DNA of 64,000 bases, from the NCBI GenBank assembly GCA_028826165.1, contig JAPDFW010000081.1, forward strand, positions 1 to 64,000. Direction: 5' to 3'. Shown piece by piece: positions 62,275-64,000 of this stretch (positions within the stretch are counted from its first letter, which is position 1; every line of letters begins with the position of its first letter). The notes below the pieces were generated by a model that searched no databases, was not told the origin of the DNA, and was given only the letters and a program-made list of their open reading frames with translations. The position numbers were made by a program, and so were the translations under genes. Source of the stretch: Anaeramoeba ignava BMAN. Lineage: Eukaryota; Protista; Anaeramoebae.

Positions 62275-63868
62275 ATGACTACAAAAAACAAAACAAACGA
62301 AAATCAAAAAAATAAAGCAATAAATTCAAATCGATTTAAAACAGATAAAGACATTTCAAATGAAAAGCAAACAAAAATTTTCAATTCAGCAAATAAAGAC
62401 CGTTCACAAAGAGAAAAAGAATTTCAAAAAGGAAGAGAGGAATTGCAAATACAACAAGGTCATACACTTGACAATGTAAGAATAAGAACAGGCAATGAAA
62501 ATCAATTTGATATTCTTAAAAAAGAATTTGGAATAATAAATTCTTATAATCCTGATATATACACAATTCCACTTTCTAAAGAAGAACTTGAAGGAAATCG
62601 AAATGATTCAAATCAAAATAGATATTTGATAAGAAAACTTAAGAAGAAGGAAGAGAAAGAAGAAAAAAGGCAGAAAGACAAAACTGAGGAGGAATTACAT
62701 TCAACAGCAATGTTGAATCAATCTCATCGTAAAAATTCAAAGAAAACTCATAAAAAATCAATCTCTCAAAAAAAAGAAAGAGATGTTCAAAAACCATCAA
62801 AAGTGGACAAAAATTTGAAAGAATCAAATACTACTTTACTTCATGGGAATGTTGATGGAAATTCAAAAGCACTGCAAACAATGAAAGATACAACTGTCGA
62901 TGAGATTGAATCTCAAATTCAAAATGAGATTGAAAATCAAAATCAGAATAAAATTCAAAATCAAAATCAAATTCGAAAATCAAAATCAGAATAAAATTCA
63001 AAATCAAAATCAAATTGAAAATCAAAATCAAATTCAAATCCAATTTCAAAATCAAATCGATGTTAGAAATGAAAAGGAAAATCAAAATGAAATTCAAAAT
63101 CAAAATCAAAATGAAAATCAAAATGAAAATCAAAATCAAAATCAAAATCAAATTCAAAATCAAAATCAAAATCAAAATCAAAATGAAATTCAAAATGAAA
63201 TTCAAAATGAAATTCAAATTCAAAATCAAAATCAAATTCAAATTCAAAATGAAATTCAAATTCAAAATCAAAATGAAATTCAAAATGAAATTCAAAATGA
63301 AATTCAAAATCAAAATCAAAATCAAAATCAATATCAAAATCAATATCAAATTCAAATTCAAAATCAAAATCAATATCAAAATCAATATCAAAATCAATAT
63401 CAAAATCAATATCAAAATCAATATCAAAATCAATATCAAAATCAATATCAAAATCAAAATCAAAATCAAATTCAATATCCAATTCAATATCCAAATTCAG
63501 ATCAATATCCAAATACATATCCAAATCAAAATCAAATTCAATATTCAAATCAATATTCAACTCAATATTTAGATCAATATCCAAATCAATATACAAATCA
63601 ATATCAAGATCCAAATCCATATACAAATCCAGATCCATATCAAAATCCATATACAAATCAAGATCCATATCAATACTTAGATCAATATCCAAATCAATAT
63701 TTAGATCAAAATCCAAATCAATATTCAGATCAATATCCAAATCAATATTTAGATCAATATCAAAATCAAAATTCAGATCAAATTAAAATTCATTTAACAA
63801 TTTTTGATGCTTTTATCAAATCAAAAACAGAAAACTCAATAAATACTCAAGAAGAACTTTCTTGGTAA
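62275..63868 (+). CDS. LsmAD-domain (ataxin-2/Pbp1-like) protein with QN and QY/PNQY low-complexity tail; frameshift near 62975
   Basis: RFKTDKDIS, NQFDILKKEFGIINSYNPDIYTIPL and TEEELHS resemble LsmAD motifs (FxTDxxIS; QFxxNExxFGVxSxFdxxxYTxxL; EExxYS). The tail continues in the 62900-63868 frame. Confidence 0.65.
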
Positions 63869-64000
63869 ATAACAAAATTTTGAATTCGAAAAAGACAAAA
63901 CAAATCTAGAAGAATTTTTTAGTTTCCTTTTTTTTTTTTTCAAAGAAAAATTTAATTCATTAAAACACAAATAAAAAGTAAAGCAGAATAAACCAATATA

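Noticed and set aside
20427-63868. Co-occurrence of HTT, SMCR8 and ataxin-2-like genes as a functional 'neurodegeneration' cluster
   Set aside because: They are separated by unrelated genes with no shared regulatory evidence; treated as coincidence.

Overview
Extremely AT-rich, intron-rich eukaryotic DNA with canonical GT-AG introns, the standard code (TAA/TGA stops at conserved protein ends), introns swollen by microsatellites, and QN-repeat proteins. It most resembles an amoeboid protist such as Anaeramoeba, but that assignment is inferred from composition only. By hand-splicing I recover about 13 protein genes. These are a RING-kinase with a tandem array of one-repeat-per-exon ARM-like units, a 4-TM membrane protein, a full-length huntingtin homologue, and a 16-kb tandem locus of surface-anchored proteases (4-5 papain/FN3 genes plus one bacterial-type metzincin sharing their Pro-Thr stalk and anchor). 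The rest are a single-domain PDI, SmD1, an F-BAR/double-SH3 protein, SMCR8, a beta-propeller protein and an LsmAD (ataxin-2/Pbp1-like) protein. The strongest hidden signal is a GC-richer island at 58882-59047, invisible to the ORF track, with the sequence and structural hallmarks of U6atac snRNA. This is evidence for a minor (U12-type) spliceosome in this lineage. Several stretches (6213-6620, 18660-18900, 46420-46740, QN tracts) look like long-read consensus errors and need raw-read checks.
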